NCBI GenBank assembly: GCA_963768575.1 | Contig: CAVYIJ010000009.1 | Location: forward strand, 27,899-91,898 | Direction of reading: 5' to 3' | DNA from: an uncultured Halobacteria archaeon | GTDB taxonomy: Bacteria; Pseudomonadota; Gammaproteobacteria; UBA9214 | Length of the DNA stretch: 64,000 nucleotides | Part shown: positions 9,081 to 18,147 of the stretch, piece by piece | Position numbering within the stretch: the stretch's first letter is position 1 | Layout of the letters: each line of letters starts with the position of its first letter | Translations under genes and position numbers: made by a program | Notes under the pieces: generated by a model | What the model saw: the letters and a program-made list of their open reading frames with translations, nothing else | Database searches by the model: none | What the model was told of the DNA's origin: nothing

Positions 9081-9359
9081 ATGAAAATCACAAGAATCTT
9101 TCTGTTGTTGTCGCTGGCAGGCTGCCTGTCGGTTGCGGGTTATGCACAGGCATTCTGTTTTTCGAAAGGCAACAACCAGGGCCGAACGTATAATTACTAT
9201 TATTATCCGCTGCCTGCAGTCGGTTTTGTGCAGCAGAACTACTATGCATATCCGTATGATCCTGTGCAAATGGACAGGCGGTACGGGTACGAAGAGGCGG
9301 TTACTCCATCCAGTCTGCCGGATATCGATCGCCACCGGGACGTATGGAGTTTGAAGTAG
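9081..9359 (+). CDS. Small secreted Tyr-rich protein (signal peptide + YNYYYYPLP...NYYAYPYDP)
   Basis: 92 aa; MKITRIFLLLSLAGCLSVAGYAQA signal peptide; AGGAG RBS 8 nt upstream. Confidence 0.5.
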   Translation: MKITRIFLLLSLAGCLSVAGYAQAFCFSKGNNQGRTYNYYYYPLPAVGFVQQNYYAYPYDPVQMDRRYGYEEAVTPSSLPDIDRHRDVWSLK

Positions 9360-9436
9360 CGGGAGGGGTGGCCGGATTTTCCTGAATATTTCCGGTATTG
9401 CAGGTACGTGCGCGATGATGTCAGGACAGTGCCTGC

Positions 9437-11587
9437 CTATGGCTTTACCAGGTTGATGGTCCCGGGTGTTTCCTGGTTCTGCAGCATTTTGAGAATCTCG
9501 TCCGCGGATACAGGTTTGCTGAACAGGTAACCCTGGACGACGTGGCATCCATGTTGCCTGAAGAAGTTCAGCTGCTTGACGTTTTCGACGCCTTCCACTA
9601 CCAGTGAAAGGTTCAGGCTGTGCGCCATTGCTATGATGGTCTGGGCTATCAGCGTCCCTTCCTTGCTGTCCGGTATTTCGCTGACGAATGAGCGGTCGAT
9701 TTTAACAGTGTCGATAGGCAGCTTGCGCAGGTACCCGAGCGATGAATAACCGGTGCCGAAATCGTCCATGGCAATACTCATCCCCATTTTCTTGAGTTTT
9801 TCCAGGGTGATGATTGCCGAATCGATATTACGCATGGCGACATTCTCGGTAACTTCCAGCTCGGCCCTGTCCGCGCCTATCCCGGCTTCAGCCAGTGCAT
9901 TTTCCACGATTTTTTCGAAACCCGGCCTGGAGAGTTGTGAAGACGACAGGTTGACGGCCATGGTTAGATCATCGAAGCCGGCATTGTGCCACTCACGCAG
10001 TTGTCTGAAAGCCGTGCGCAGTACCCATTCGCCGATCGGGATGATAAGTCCGCTCTCTTCGGCGATGGGAATAAACTCGAGCGGGCTGACATGCCCCATG
10101 GCCGGATGCTTCCAGCGCAGCAATGCCTCCACGCCTATGATGACATTTCGCGTTATGTCTATTTTAGGCTGGTAGACCAGGTACAGCTGCTCCTTTTCGA
10201 GCGCTGTTCTCAGGTTCGTCTCCAGTGCCAGTTTTTTGCGCGATCCGGCATTCATTTCGGCGGTGTAGAAGACCATCTTGTTGCGCCCGATCTCTTTTGC
10301 GCGATACATGCTGATATCCGCATGCTTGACGAGTGTATCCGCGTCAGAACCGTCGAATGGATATATGCTTATGCCAACACTGGTGGTGATATGCAGTTCG
10401 TGACCATGACAGGAAATGGGCCCCGTCAGGGACTTGATGATCTTGGCGCCGATCTTGCCGGCATCCGAGGCACTGTTGATGTTCGGCAGAAGGACCATGA
10501 ATTCGTCGCCGCCAAAGCGTGCAACAGTGTCGCCTTCACGTACGCAATTTGTCAGTCGACGCGAGATCACCCTCAGTAACTGGTCGCCGATGCCATGGCC
10601 AAGCGAGTCGTTAATGATCTTGAAGCGATCGAGATCGAGAAACAACAATGCCAGCATGCTTTCCTGGCGACAGGCCTGTGCAAGTCCGGACTTGATGCGA
10701 TCATTCAGCAGGCTCCGGTTTGGCAGCCCGGTTAGAGCGTCATGGTGCGCATGGTACTCCATGCGCTTTGCCACGGCTTCCGCCTGTTCTTTCGACGATT
10801 CGAGCTGTGAATTGGCAACCTCCAGTTCGCGGGTGCGCATGGTGACCCTGTTTTCCAGCTCTGCCTGGTATGTTTTCAGCTGGCTGTCGCGTGTCTGGAT
10901 CTCGTCCAGCATGGTGTTGAAGTCAACGATCAGGTTGCCGAGTTCATCCTGGCCGCGCCCTGCAACGCGCAGGGCGAAGTTCTTTTCGGTGCTGATGCGG
11001 CGGGCGATTGCTGACAGCCCGAGTAACGGATCGGTAATAATGCGCTGCAGTTGCGCACTGAGTATGAATGCGACCAGCAGCGAGGCGGCCAGTACAATTG
11101 CAACAATGCCGAGAAACCATGCCAGTCGGTCATGGATCGCATTTATGTCTGATCGCAGGTAGACCAGGCCGATGAGGTCGTCTTCGTAAATGATCGGACT
11201 GAAGGCCTCTGCATACTTGTCGGTGAATTTCAATTCCTGCTTGTGTGGTCCCGGTCGAGGTAGCTCACCGTAGAATCCTTCCCGCCGGTAGGTGGCGAAC
11301 ACGCTGCCGTCCTTGTGATACAGGACTCCGGCCTTCACATATTTTTGCGACTTCAGGAATCCAAGTGTCTCCAGGGCGGCTTCGGGGTCGCCGAACAGCA
11401 TGGCGGCGGTGCTGTTGGCGGCAATCATGGACGCCAGGGTTGTGAGGTTGTCACCGACGGTTTTCTGCGCGTACAACCTGTCCGATGTTATGAAGGCAAC
11501 ACTGGCGAGCAGCAGCGATGCCATGGTTATGGTCATGCTGATAAGCATGAGTTTGTGGCGTACTGAAATATTCTTTAACGGCTTCAT
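9437..11587 (-). CDS. Membrane sensor with periplasmic CHASE8-like domain, HAMP, GGDEF and EAL domains (YfiN/TpbB-like with extra EAL)
   Basis: 716 aa; TM1 residues ~12-35, periplasmic segment LASMIAANSTAAMLFGDPEAALETLGFLKSQ...VLYHKDGSVFATY, TM2, HAMP, coiled coil, RFGGDEF, EAL motifs EALLRW / DDFGTGYSSL / KIDRSFV. Confidence 0.85.
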   Translation of the reverse strand: MKPLKNISVRHKLMLISMTITMASLLLASVAFITSDRLYAQKTVGDNLTTLASMIAANSTAAMLFGDPEAALETLGFLKSQKYVKAGVLYHKDGSVFATYRREGFYGELPRPGPHKQELKFTDKYAEAFSPIIYEDDLIGLVYLRSDINAIHDRLAWFLGIVAIVLAASLLVAFILSAQLQRIITDPLLGLSAIARRISTEKNFALRVAGRGQDELGNLIVDFNTMLDEIQTRDSQLKTYQAELENRVTMRTRELEVANSQLESSKEQAEAVAKRMEYHAHHDALTGLPNRSLLNDRIKSGLAQACRQESMLALLFLDLDRFKIINDSLGHGIGDQLLRVISRRLTNCVREGDTVARFGGDEFMVLLPNINSASDAGKIGAKIIKSLTGPISCHGHELHITTSVGISIYPFDGSDADTLVKHADISMYRAKEIGRNKMVFYTAEMNAGSRKKLALETNLRTALEKEQLYLVYQPKIDITRNVIIGVEALLRWKHPAMGHVSPLEFIPIAEESGLIIPIGEWVLRTAFRQLREWHNAGFDDLTMAVNLSSSQLSRPGFEKIVENALAEAGIGADRAELEVTENVAMRNIDSAIITLEKLKKMGMSIAMDDFGTGYSSLGYLRKLPIDTVKIDRSFVSEIPDSKEGTLIAQTIIAMAHSLNLSLVVEGVENVKQLNFFRQHGCHVVQGYLFSKPVSADEILKMLQNQETPGTINLVKP

Positions 11588-11594
11588 TGCCCGC

Positions 11595-12182
11595 CTATTG
11601 TTTTGATTTTACGATGTTGGCGAGGGACAACAGCTTCGAGCTGATGGTGATACCGGCATAACCGGCCGCCTCGGTGTTGATATCGAACCGGACCTTGTTG
11701 TCGATCAACTTGAACCCGATAATGCCCCCATGTTGTGTAAATCCGGATATCTCACTGACAGTCAGTATGGGCAGGTCACGCAATTGATATAAAATATCGT
11801 CAAGCCTCGCTTCAAACGACTTGTCGATATAGGCGAGGTTGCATTGTTTTATGAATACCAGGCTGTCGTAGAACTCCGCAACCTCTATGTCATAGTGTTC
11901 TACAACCAGCACATTGTTGTGGACTGTCCGCCCGATAAGAGAGTCAATCAGGCTGCCAAACGGATTTTTGCCGATGATGCACAGCTTGAAGTTATCCTCG
12001 ATCGGTGCCGGCCAGCTTGAAAATCGGGAAAAGTTGTACAGGAAAGCGGTTTTTACACGGTATTCAGTCGACGAATTATCTGCAGCCGGCACGCTGGCGG
12101 GTGCCAGCCATAGCATGATCAGCGCCAGTCCAAGAACCGGGCGCCTCACAGACTGCACCAGTCGTTGAAGCGGCCTGAGCAT
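11595..12182 (-). CDS. YfiR-like periplasmic protein (DUF4154 family)
   Basis: 195 aa; signal peptide then YRVKTAFLYNFSRFSSWP motif characteristic of YfiR/DUF4154; start ATG overlaps TBDR stop (ATGA). Confidence 0.7.
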   Translation of the reverse strand: MLRPLQRLVQSVRRPVLGLALIMLWLAPASVPAADNSSTEYRVKTAFLYNFSRFSSWPAPIEDNFKLCIIGKNPFGSLIDSLIGRTVHNNVLVVEHYDIEVAEFYDSLVFIKQCNLAYIDKSFEARLDDILYQLRDLPILTVSEISGFTQHGGIIGFKLIDNKVRFDINTEAAGYAGITISSKLLSLANIVKSKQ

Positions 12183-14242
12183 TACTGAAAGGACCAGCTC
12201 ACCTTGCCATATATGCTGCGCTCGATCTCGGTCGGGTAGGACACGATGAAGTCCGGATTGAACTCGCGGTGTGTGCTGTCGAACAGGTTCTGGCCGATCA
12301 GCGACAGGTCAAGACCGGGCTTCGGCGTCCAGCCCAGTCGCGCGTCAAACGCCACGTAGTCTTCGATCTTCGTGGGAGACACGGGATTGGTATCGGTCAG
12401 GCTGCCAACGTAGCGCACACCGGCATCCATCTCGAGGTTGTTGCCCAGGTCTGCCGACACCCACAGGTTGGCTGTGTGCTCCGGTGAGGCATTCTCTGCA
12501 AGCTGTGAAAAGGGATCCGCGCTGGCGTTGATGAGCTTCAGGTCCATATCCAGGAAAGTGTAATTGGCATTGACAGCCAGCCATGGTCTGGCGGTCCAGC
12601 GCACATCGATCTCGATGCCTTGTGTGGTGCCTTCCATGTTGTTCGCAAACAGGCCCGTTGGACCCGCAAGCTCAACGGTTCTCAGGTCCTCGTAGTCGTT
12701 GTAATAAGCGGCCACGTCAACCGTAACCGAACCCGCGATTGCGCGGCGGAAGCCGAGTTCATAGGCAATGAGGTCCTCGGACTCATACGCGTCACTACCC
12801 AGGACGGTGGCGCCACCAAATGCCGGCAATACCAGGCTGACATCGTGCTCGCCACGGGCCGGAGTGCGCACGGCGCGTGAAATGCTGCCCCAGACCGTAT
12901 TGCCCACCTCCGTCACCCAGGCCGCGCGGATATTGGGCTGGAACTCGAAGCCAGTGAAATCATTCTCTTCGAACTTGCTGCCCACCGTTACCTTCAGACG
13001 GTCGCTCACGCTAATCTCGTCCTGGATGAAGCCAGAGAACAGGTCGACACTGCGGGACAGGGGTGTCAGGGTGAAAATCGGAGTGGGAACGGTGTCATCA
13101 TCGATGTTGCGGTAATTCAGCCCCCAGATGATGTCGTTTTTCGCGTTCAGGGCAATGTTATGCTGGAAATCGAGATCGATCGTCTGCCGGTCCTCGTACA
13201 ACGCAAGACTTTCGCGGCTCACATGATCGAAATACCCCTGCAGCGTGAAACTCGAGTCCGGGCTGAGAGTGCGTGTCCAGCGGTACAGCAGGTTGCCGCC
13301 TTTGTTATCGGCGGTGTCAACCGTCGGTGGTCCCGCAACGGCAATTTGTACGTTCTGGCCGCTGTTGCCCTCGTAGTAGTCACCCTGCAGGGTGTGCAAG
13401 TCCTTGCCCTTGTCCCAATCCGTGCGAAAGCCCGCCTGGGCCATATCTGCATCGTCATGCGCGGTGCTCACACCAGGGAAGGGGATGGGCTCGCCGGTAT
13501 CCTTTTCATTGCCCATGGCATAGACGCGATAATTGACGCCGGACTTGCTGACGCCGCCATGGCGGAGGTTGAGCATTCCTTCCAGTTCATTACCTGCGGC
13601 AGCGGTCACCAGCGTGCCCTGGGTGTCGGCGGAGGACTTGGTAATGATATTGATGACACCGTTGACGGCATTCGCGCCCCACAGTGTGCCGCCCGGTCCG
13701 CGAATAACCTCGATGCGCTCGACGTCTTCCAGCATGACCGTATTGGCATCCCAATAGACACCGGCAAACAGCGGGGTATAGACGGAACGACCGTCAATCA
13801 GCACCAGCAGCTTGTTGGCGAAGCGGCTGTTGAAACCACGCGAGGTGATGGCCCACTTGTTGGCATCGATGTGCGCGACCTGCAGGCCGGGGACCCGGCG
13901 CAGGGCATCGGGGATATTGGTTACACCCCAACGACGCAGATCTTCGTTCGTGATGACGAACACCGCGGCAGCGGCCTCTGACTTTTTCGTCTTCTTTTTT
14001 GATACCGAGGTAATCTCGACATCCATCAGGGCTTCGAGGCTCATGCCCATGAAGTCGTCGGAAACCTGTGCCGCGGGCACCATGACCGGCATGCAGGCCA
14101 GTGCGCACAAAAGCGCTGACAGCCAGCGCGTGGCGTGCTGCCCGGATTGCGTGTTGCGCTTCCCCCAAAATGGCAGGATGCGTGCGGGTTTCCCCTCCCG
14201 GTTCGGACCCCTGCAAGGGCTTGAGTGTGTCCCGTGATGCAT
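12182..14242 (-). CDS. TonB-dependent outer-membrane receptor (plug + 22-strand barrel); true start codon uncertain
   Basis: 686-aa ORF; plug DVEITSVSKKK...VITNEDLRRWGVTNIPDALRRVPGL...IDGRSVYTPLF..RIEVIRGPGGTLWGANAVNGVINIITK; C-terminal aromatic ...YGKVSWSFQ; signal peptide appears only after residue ~35 so the annotated ATG may be too far upstream. Confidence 0.85.
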   Translation of the reverse strand: MHHGTHSSPCRGPNREGKPARILPFWGKRNTQSGQHATRWLSALLCALACMPVMVPAAQVSDDFMGMSLEALMDVEITSVSKKKTKKSEAAAAVFVITNEDLRRWGVTNIPDALRRVPGLQVAHIDANKWAITSRGFNSRFANKLLVLIDGRSVYTPLFAGVYWDANTVMLEDVERIEVIRGPGGTLWGANAVNGVINIITKSSADTQGTLVTAAAGNELEGMLNLRHGGVSKSGVNYRVYAMGNEKDTGEPIPFPGVSTAHDDADMAQAGFRTDWDKGKDLHTLQGDYYEGNSGQNVQIAVAGPPTVDTADNKGGNLLYRWTRTLSPDSSFTLQGYFDHVSRESLALYEDRQTIDLDFQHNIALNAKNDIIWGLNYRNIDDDTVPTPIFTLTPLSRSVDLFSGFIQDEISVSDRLKVTVGSKFEENDFTGFEFQPNIRAAWVTEVGNTVWGSISRAVRTPARGEHDVSLVLPAFGGATVLGSDAYESEDLIAYELGFRRAIAGSVTVDVAAYYNDYEDLRTVELAGPTGLFANNMEGTTQGIEIDVRWTARPWLAVNANYTFLDMDLKLINASADPFSQLAENASPEHTANLWVSADLGNNLEMDAGVRYVGSLTDTNPVSPTKIEDYVAFDARLGWTPKPGLDLSLIGQNLFDSTHREFNPDFIVSYPTEIERSIYGKVSWSFQ

Positions 14243-14266
14243 TGGATATACTCCTGGTAGCCTATA

Positions 14267-14279
14267 TAACTAACTGATA
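14267..14279 (-). promoter_or_regulatory. Second copy of 13-mer TATCAGTTAGTTA (IHF-like) just upstream of TBDR operon
   Basis: Exact identity with 8004-8016; adjacent TTGCCAATT also shared with msh upstream region. Confidence 0.45.
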
Positions 14280-14465
14280 GAAATGAATTAGTTGCCAATT
14301 ATCCCCGTGAGTTCCGCGCATACCCGTGCGGCAGAGATCCCCCTTTCAGGGAAGGCTATCGGCGTGGCTGGATCCATACTTAAGCACCTGAATGGTGCGA
14401 ATTACCGGTCGCCGGGCAGGGTCCGGTCGACGGTCAAGAGCCCGCGGGCGGGGCCGGACGGGTGG

Positions 14466-14762
14466 TTAGTCTTTGTCCTTGTCGCGCTTGCCGGGCAGTT
14501 TGAGCGAGACTACGACGGAGGACTGCGGTTCATCGACAAAGCGCGGGCGTGCATCCATCGAGCGGCCGGCGGCCTTGTTGAGTTCGGTCTCTCGCGCAGT
14601 GATCAGTGACAGGCACTTGCGAATGCCATCGACGGTTTGATCGGACAATGGATGACGGTAGCCGGGCTTGGTATAGGTGTCCTTGGCAACATCGGTCAGG
14701 ACTCGCTTCATCACCCGCAGGATCCTTTCTTCCTTGCTGAATTCGGTTTTCTTGCTCATCAT
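14466..14762 (-). CDS. Hypothetical small basic protein
   Basis: 98-aa ORF MMSKKTEFSKEERILRVMKRVLTDVAK...; no family recognised. Confidence 0.4.
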   Translation of the reverse strand: MMSKKTEFSKEERILRVMKRVLTDVAKDTYTKPGYRHPLSDQTVDGIRKCLSLITARETELNKAAGRSMDARPRFVDEPQSSVVVSLKLPGKRDKDKD

Positions 14763-14824
14763 CCGGCCTGTCCGTCAACGTGACAGGCCTATTGTGACAC
14801 AGATGAATAGCAGGGGCAGGCAGC

Positions 14825-15451
14825 TCACTCCTTTATATATACATATTGCCAGTGTCCGCCTGTCAGCGTCTGCAAGGCCTGCAGCAGGGCCGGGCCGGGT
14901 ATGGCCTCGGACGGGTATATGCCACTGATTTCAACGAAGACTTGACCGAAGCCGGCGTTCTTGTGCAGGCTCCAGTCGGGCAGTTCACCGTGATAGCCGC
15001 AGGATGTGCATGACCACTGCAACGCTGCGGGATTCTCCCGCCATTGCCGTAGATGTGTCTCCCAGTCCGCGACCGGCTCGCTGCATTGCGGACAGCGCGG
15101 CGCACGGGCTTGCGGGTCGCCGCGGAAGTGCAGGATATCCGTGCACAACAGCCTGACGAAACAAAAACTGCCGTTTGCAAGCGCGGCGGCCAGTGTGGCG
15201 TTATCGGCGGGCGGTTCCAGTTCGATATTGGGCGCGCAGCCCAGGAAGCTGACCAGTTGCAGGAAGTCGTCGCCGGTCGGGTAAAATTCATTGCCATCGC
15301 ACGCGCCCGGCGCACCGATCAGGCCGATTGCCTGCAGACCGGCAGCCAGCTTGCCGCAATCGTCGAGCGTGGCATGTGGATCTGCCGGCAGCAGGATGAG
15401 TTTATGGGCGGGCACGGCTGTTCCTTGCGTGGATTCGTGGGGGTGGATCAA
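14825..15451 (-). CDS. Hypothetical protein with two CxxC pairs (zinc-ribbon-like)
   Basis: 208 aa; CPQCSEPVADW ... CTSCGYHG. Confidence 0.4.
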   Translation of the reverse strand: MIHPHESTQGTAVPAHKLILLPADPHATLDDCGKLAAGLQAIGLIGAPGACDGNEFYPTGDDFLQLVSFLGCAPNIELEPPADNATLAAALANGSFCFVRLLCTDILHFRGDPQARAPRCPQCSEPVADWETHLRQWRENPAALQWSCTSCGYHGELPDWSLHKNAGFGQVFVEISGIYPSEAIPGPALLQALQTLTGGHWQYVYIKE

Positions 15452-15486
15452 CGATAATAGCGGTTACGTCGATTGCCACAGGATAC

Positions 15487-16203
15487 GTGATCATGCCGGA
15501 AAATGTCCCGTTCTCGATACACGCGCTGGAACTCGGTCCGATGGAAAATTTCATCTACCTGGTGCACGACCATGCCAGTAATCGCGCGGCCGTGGTCGAT
15601 CCGGCCTGGGAGGTCCCGACCGTGCTGGCGCTTGCCGAGCGTCATGGCATGCGGATCACGGATATCCTGTTAACGCACAGCCACCATGACCATATCAACG
15701 GTATCGGCGCGGTGCTGGACCACACCGATGCGCAACTGCACCTGATGAAAGCGGAAGCGCAGTTCTGGGGGCAGGGACTCGATCTGCCGACGCTGCACCA
15801 CGGTGGCGACGTCATTCGGCTGGGAGAAACGGAGATCAGTGCCCTGCACACGCCGGGACATACCCCCGGTTCGGCCTGTTACCACGTCGGTAATGAACTG
15901 ATAACCGGCGATACGCTGTTCGTGTTCGGTTGCGGACGGTGTGACCTGGCGGGCGGTGACCCGGAACAAATGCATGCCACCCTGAAAGACATGGCGACGC
16001 ATTTTCCGGCCGCTACCGTGATTCGTCCGGGACATAATTACGCGGAAAAAGGTACGTCGACCCTGCAGGAGCAGGTCGAAGGTAACCCGTTCATGCATTT
16101 CGACGACAGCGATCGTTTCATCCGTTATCGCATGCATTATCACGATCAGCACCGTCACTCGCCCTACCGGCCGGTGCGCAGGGGCGAGGAGATGCCGGAC
16201 TGA
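15487..16203 (+). CDS. Metallo-beta-lactamase-fold hydrolase (glyoxalase II-like)
   Basis: 238 aa; HSHHDHINGIG (HxHxDH) motif, downstream His/Asp ligands. Confidence 0.8.
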   Translation: MIMPENVPFSIHALELGPMENFIYLVHDHASNRAAVVDPAWEVPTVLALAERHGMRITDILLTHSHHDHINGIGAVLDHTDAQLHLMKAEAQFWGQGLDLPTLHHGGDVIRLGETEISALHTPGHTPGSACYHVGNELITGDTLFVFGCGRCDLAGGDPEQMHATLKDMATHFPAATVIRPGHNYAEKGTSTLQEQVEGNPFMHFDDSDRFIRYRMHYHDQHRHSPYRPVRRGEEMPD

Positions 16204-16238
16204 ACTGCCGGCTGTACAAACTGCTGCCGGCCGCCGCT

Positions 16239-16643
16239 TTGCTGGCCGCGTGCGCGACCACGCCCGACGTTACCGGTTTCGCGCGTGTCACGCTGGAGAG
16301 TATCGAGCCGGCCGGCGATACGGGGCAGGTGCTGCTGCAACTCAAGCTCGTGAATATGACCGATACCGTTATGCCTGTGCTCGGGATGCAATACCGCGTC
16401 GCATTCGATGGCGATGAATTTGCCTATGGCGTCAGTCGCCAGGCGATCGACGTGCCGGCACGGGGCGAGGCGGTTTTCGACATCATCGCCCCCGGCACGC
16501 TGCCGCCCGCCCGGCCGGGCGTGGGCGGGCGCCTGCAGCTGGGTTATCAACTGGGCGGGACCATCCATCTTGCCGGTGACAGAGAAGCGCTGCCGTTTGC
16601 CGGTGAGGGAACGTTGAGCTGGCAGGCAGCGGCCGGTCAATGA
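16239..16643 (+). CDS. LEA_2 / water-stress-hypersensitive-response-like lipoprotein (start probably a few codons upstream)
   Basis: 134 aa; lipobox LLAACATTP at N-terminus; upstream in-frame LLPAAALLAAC suggests non-ATG start near 16210. Confidence 0.5.
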   Translation: MLAACATTPDVTGFARVTLESIEPAGDTGQVLLQLKLVNMTDTVMPVLGMQYRVAFDGDEFAYGVSRQAIDVPARGEAVFDIIAPGTLPPARPGVGGRLQLGYQLGGTIHLAGDREALPFAGEGTLSWQAAAGQ

Positions 16644-17621
16644 ATGCCTTTCGCGCATTCCGCGTGCACGCGGACACGGGTGGCGCGCTCGAGCAGCTTA
16701 CGCTCGCGGACATCACGCCGGGCGAGGTGGTGATTGCGGCGGACTATTCGAGCGTCAACTACAAGGACGCGCTGGCGGGTACCGGCCGCGGCAAAATACT
16801 GCGACGGTTTCCGCTGGTTGCCGGCGTGGATGTTGCCGGCACCGTGATCGAGTCCGCCGACTGCGCACATCCAGACGGGTGACAAGGTGCTGGTGACCGG
16901 CTGCGGACTGGGGGAAAGCCAGGATGGCGGCTTTGCGGAAATCGTGCGCGTGCCGGGCGACTGGGTGGTGCCGCTGCCGAATGGTCTGTCCCCGTTCGAT
17001 GCCATGGCGCTGGGCACCGCCGGCTTTACCGCGGCACTGGCGATCGACCGGCTGGAACAGAACGGCCTGCAACCGGGGCAGGGCCCGGTCATCGTCACCG
17101 GCGCAACCGGCGGGGTCGGCAGTATCGCGATCGACCTGCTGGCCGGTGCCGGCTACGAAGTTGCGGCAATGAGCCGCAAACCGGATGCACATGATTACCT
17201 CAGGGAGCTCGGTGCGCGTGACATACTCGATGCAAACGACAATGCGACCGGCAACAAGCCACTGGAAAAGGCGCGCTGGGCCGCCGCCATCGACAGCGTC
17301 GGTGGTGAGGTGCTTGCCGGGCTGACCCGCACTGTAAAACCCTGGGGCAGTATCGCCAGCATCGGACTCGCCGGCGGTCATGAACTGCACACCACCGTCA
17401 TGCCGTTCATCCTGCGCGGCGTGAGCATACTCGGCATTACCTCGGCCAACTGCCCGATGGAACGCCGCCTGAAAGTCTGGAAACGGCTGGTGACGGACCT
17501 GAAACCGCGACACCTGGACAGCATCGTGGCCGGGACCGTGAGCCTGGATGATTTGCCGGGCGTGTTCGAGCAAGTGTTGTCCGGCCAACACCGGGGAAGG
17601 TACGTGGTCAGGTTGCGTTGA
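16640..17621 (+). pseudogene. YhdH/AcuI-like MDR-family NADPH:quinone oxidoreductase with 1-nt frameshift near 16878
   Basis: ORF 16640-16882 (...IESADCAHPDG*) and ORF 16887-17621 (..LVTGCGLGESQDGGFAEIVRVPGDWVVPLPNGLS...VTGATGGVGSIAIDLL) are one gene; the +1 frame reads IQTGDKVLVTG across the junction; extra G in GACGGGTGAC. Confidence 0.6.
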
Positions 17622-17651
17622 TTTCAGTGTTTGTTAGCCGGGCCCGACCGG

Positions 17652-18095
17652 TTATTCAGCGCTGATGACATACTTCAGTATGTCAACGACTTGCCCGGGT
17701 GTCCGTGCCCATGCCATGGCGGCGGCGTCCACCTCCTTCAGCGGATGGATTATGTCCTCGCCGTGCAAGGTGATGTAGGGCTTGCCAAGCGCCGCGCATA
17801 AGCCTGCATCGAACGCCGCGTTCCATTGCTTGTACTTGTCACCGAAGCGCACGACCGCAATATCGCATTTCCCGATTAGCGTCCTGGTGCGAATACTGTT
17901 TACCTTCGATGATTTGTGGTCGCGCCAGAAGCTGTCGCTCTCCGCGCCCAGGACATCGCCTGCCGCATCGCTGGCTTCGTGATCGGTAACAGCGGAGGTG
18001 AATTCAACCGGCAGCCCGTGTGATTTAACGCCTTTGATGATTTGTTCGCGCCAGTCGGTGTGAATTTCTCCGGACATGTAGACTACCCAGTTCAT
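17652..18095 (-). CDS. YtoQ-family protein (nucleoside 2-deoxyribosyltransferase-like fold)
   Basis: 147 aa; MNWVVYMSGEIHTDWREQII... matches YtoQ family N-terminus. Confidence 0.7.
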   Translation of the reverse strand: MNWVVYMSGEIHTDWREQIIKGVKSHGLPVEFTSAVTDHEASDAAGDVLGAESDSFWRDHKSSKVNSIRTRTLIGKCDIAVVRFGDKYKQWNAAFDAGLCAALGKPYITLHGEDIIHPLKEVDAAAMAWARTPGQVVDILKYVISAE

Positions 18096-18147
18096 CGGTA
18101 ACTCCTGTCGTGTATCAGCATAAGAAGTGTCAGGCCCGCATTGTCCG

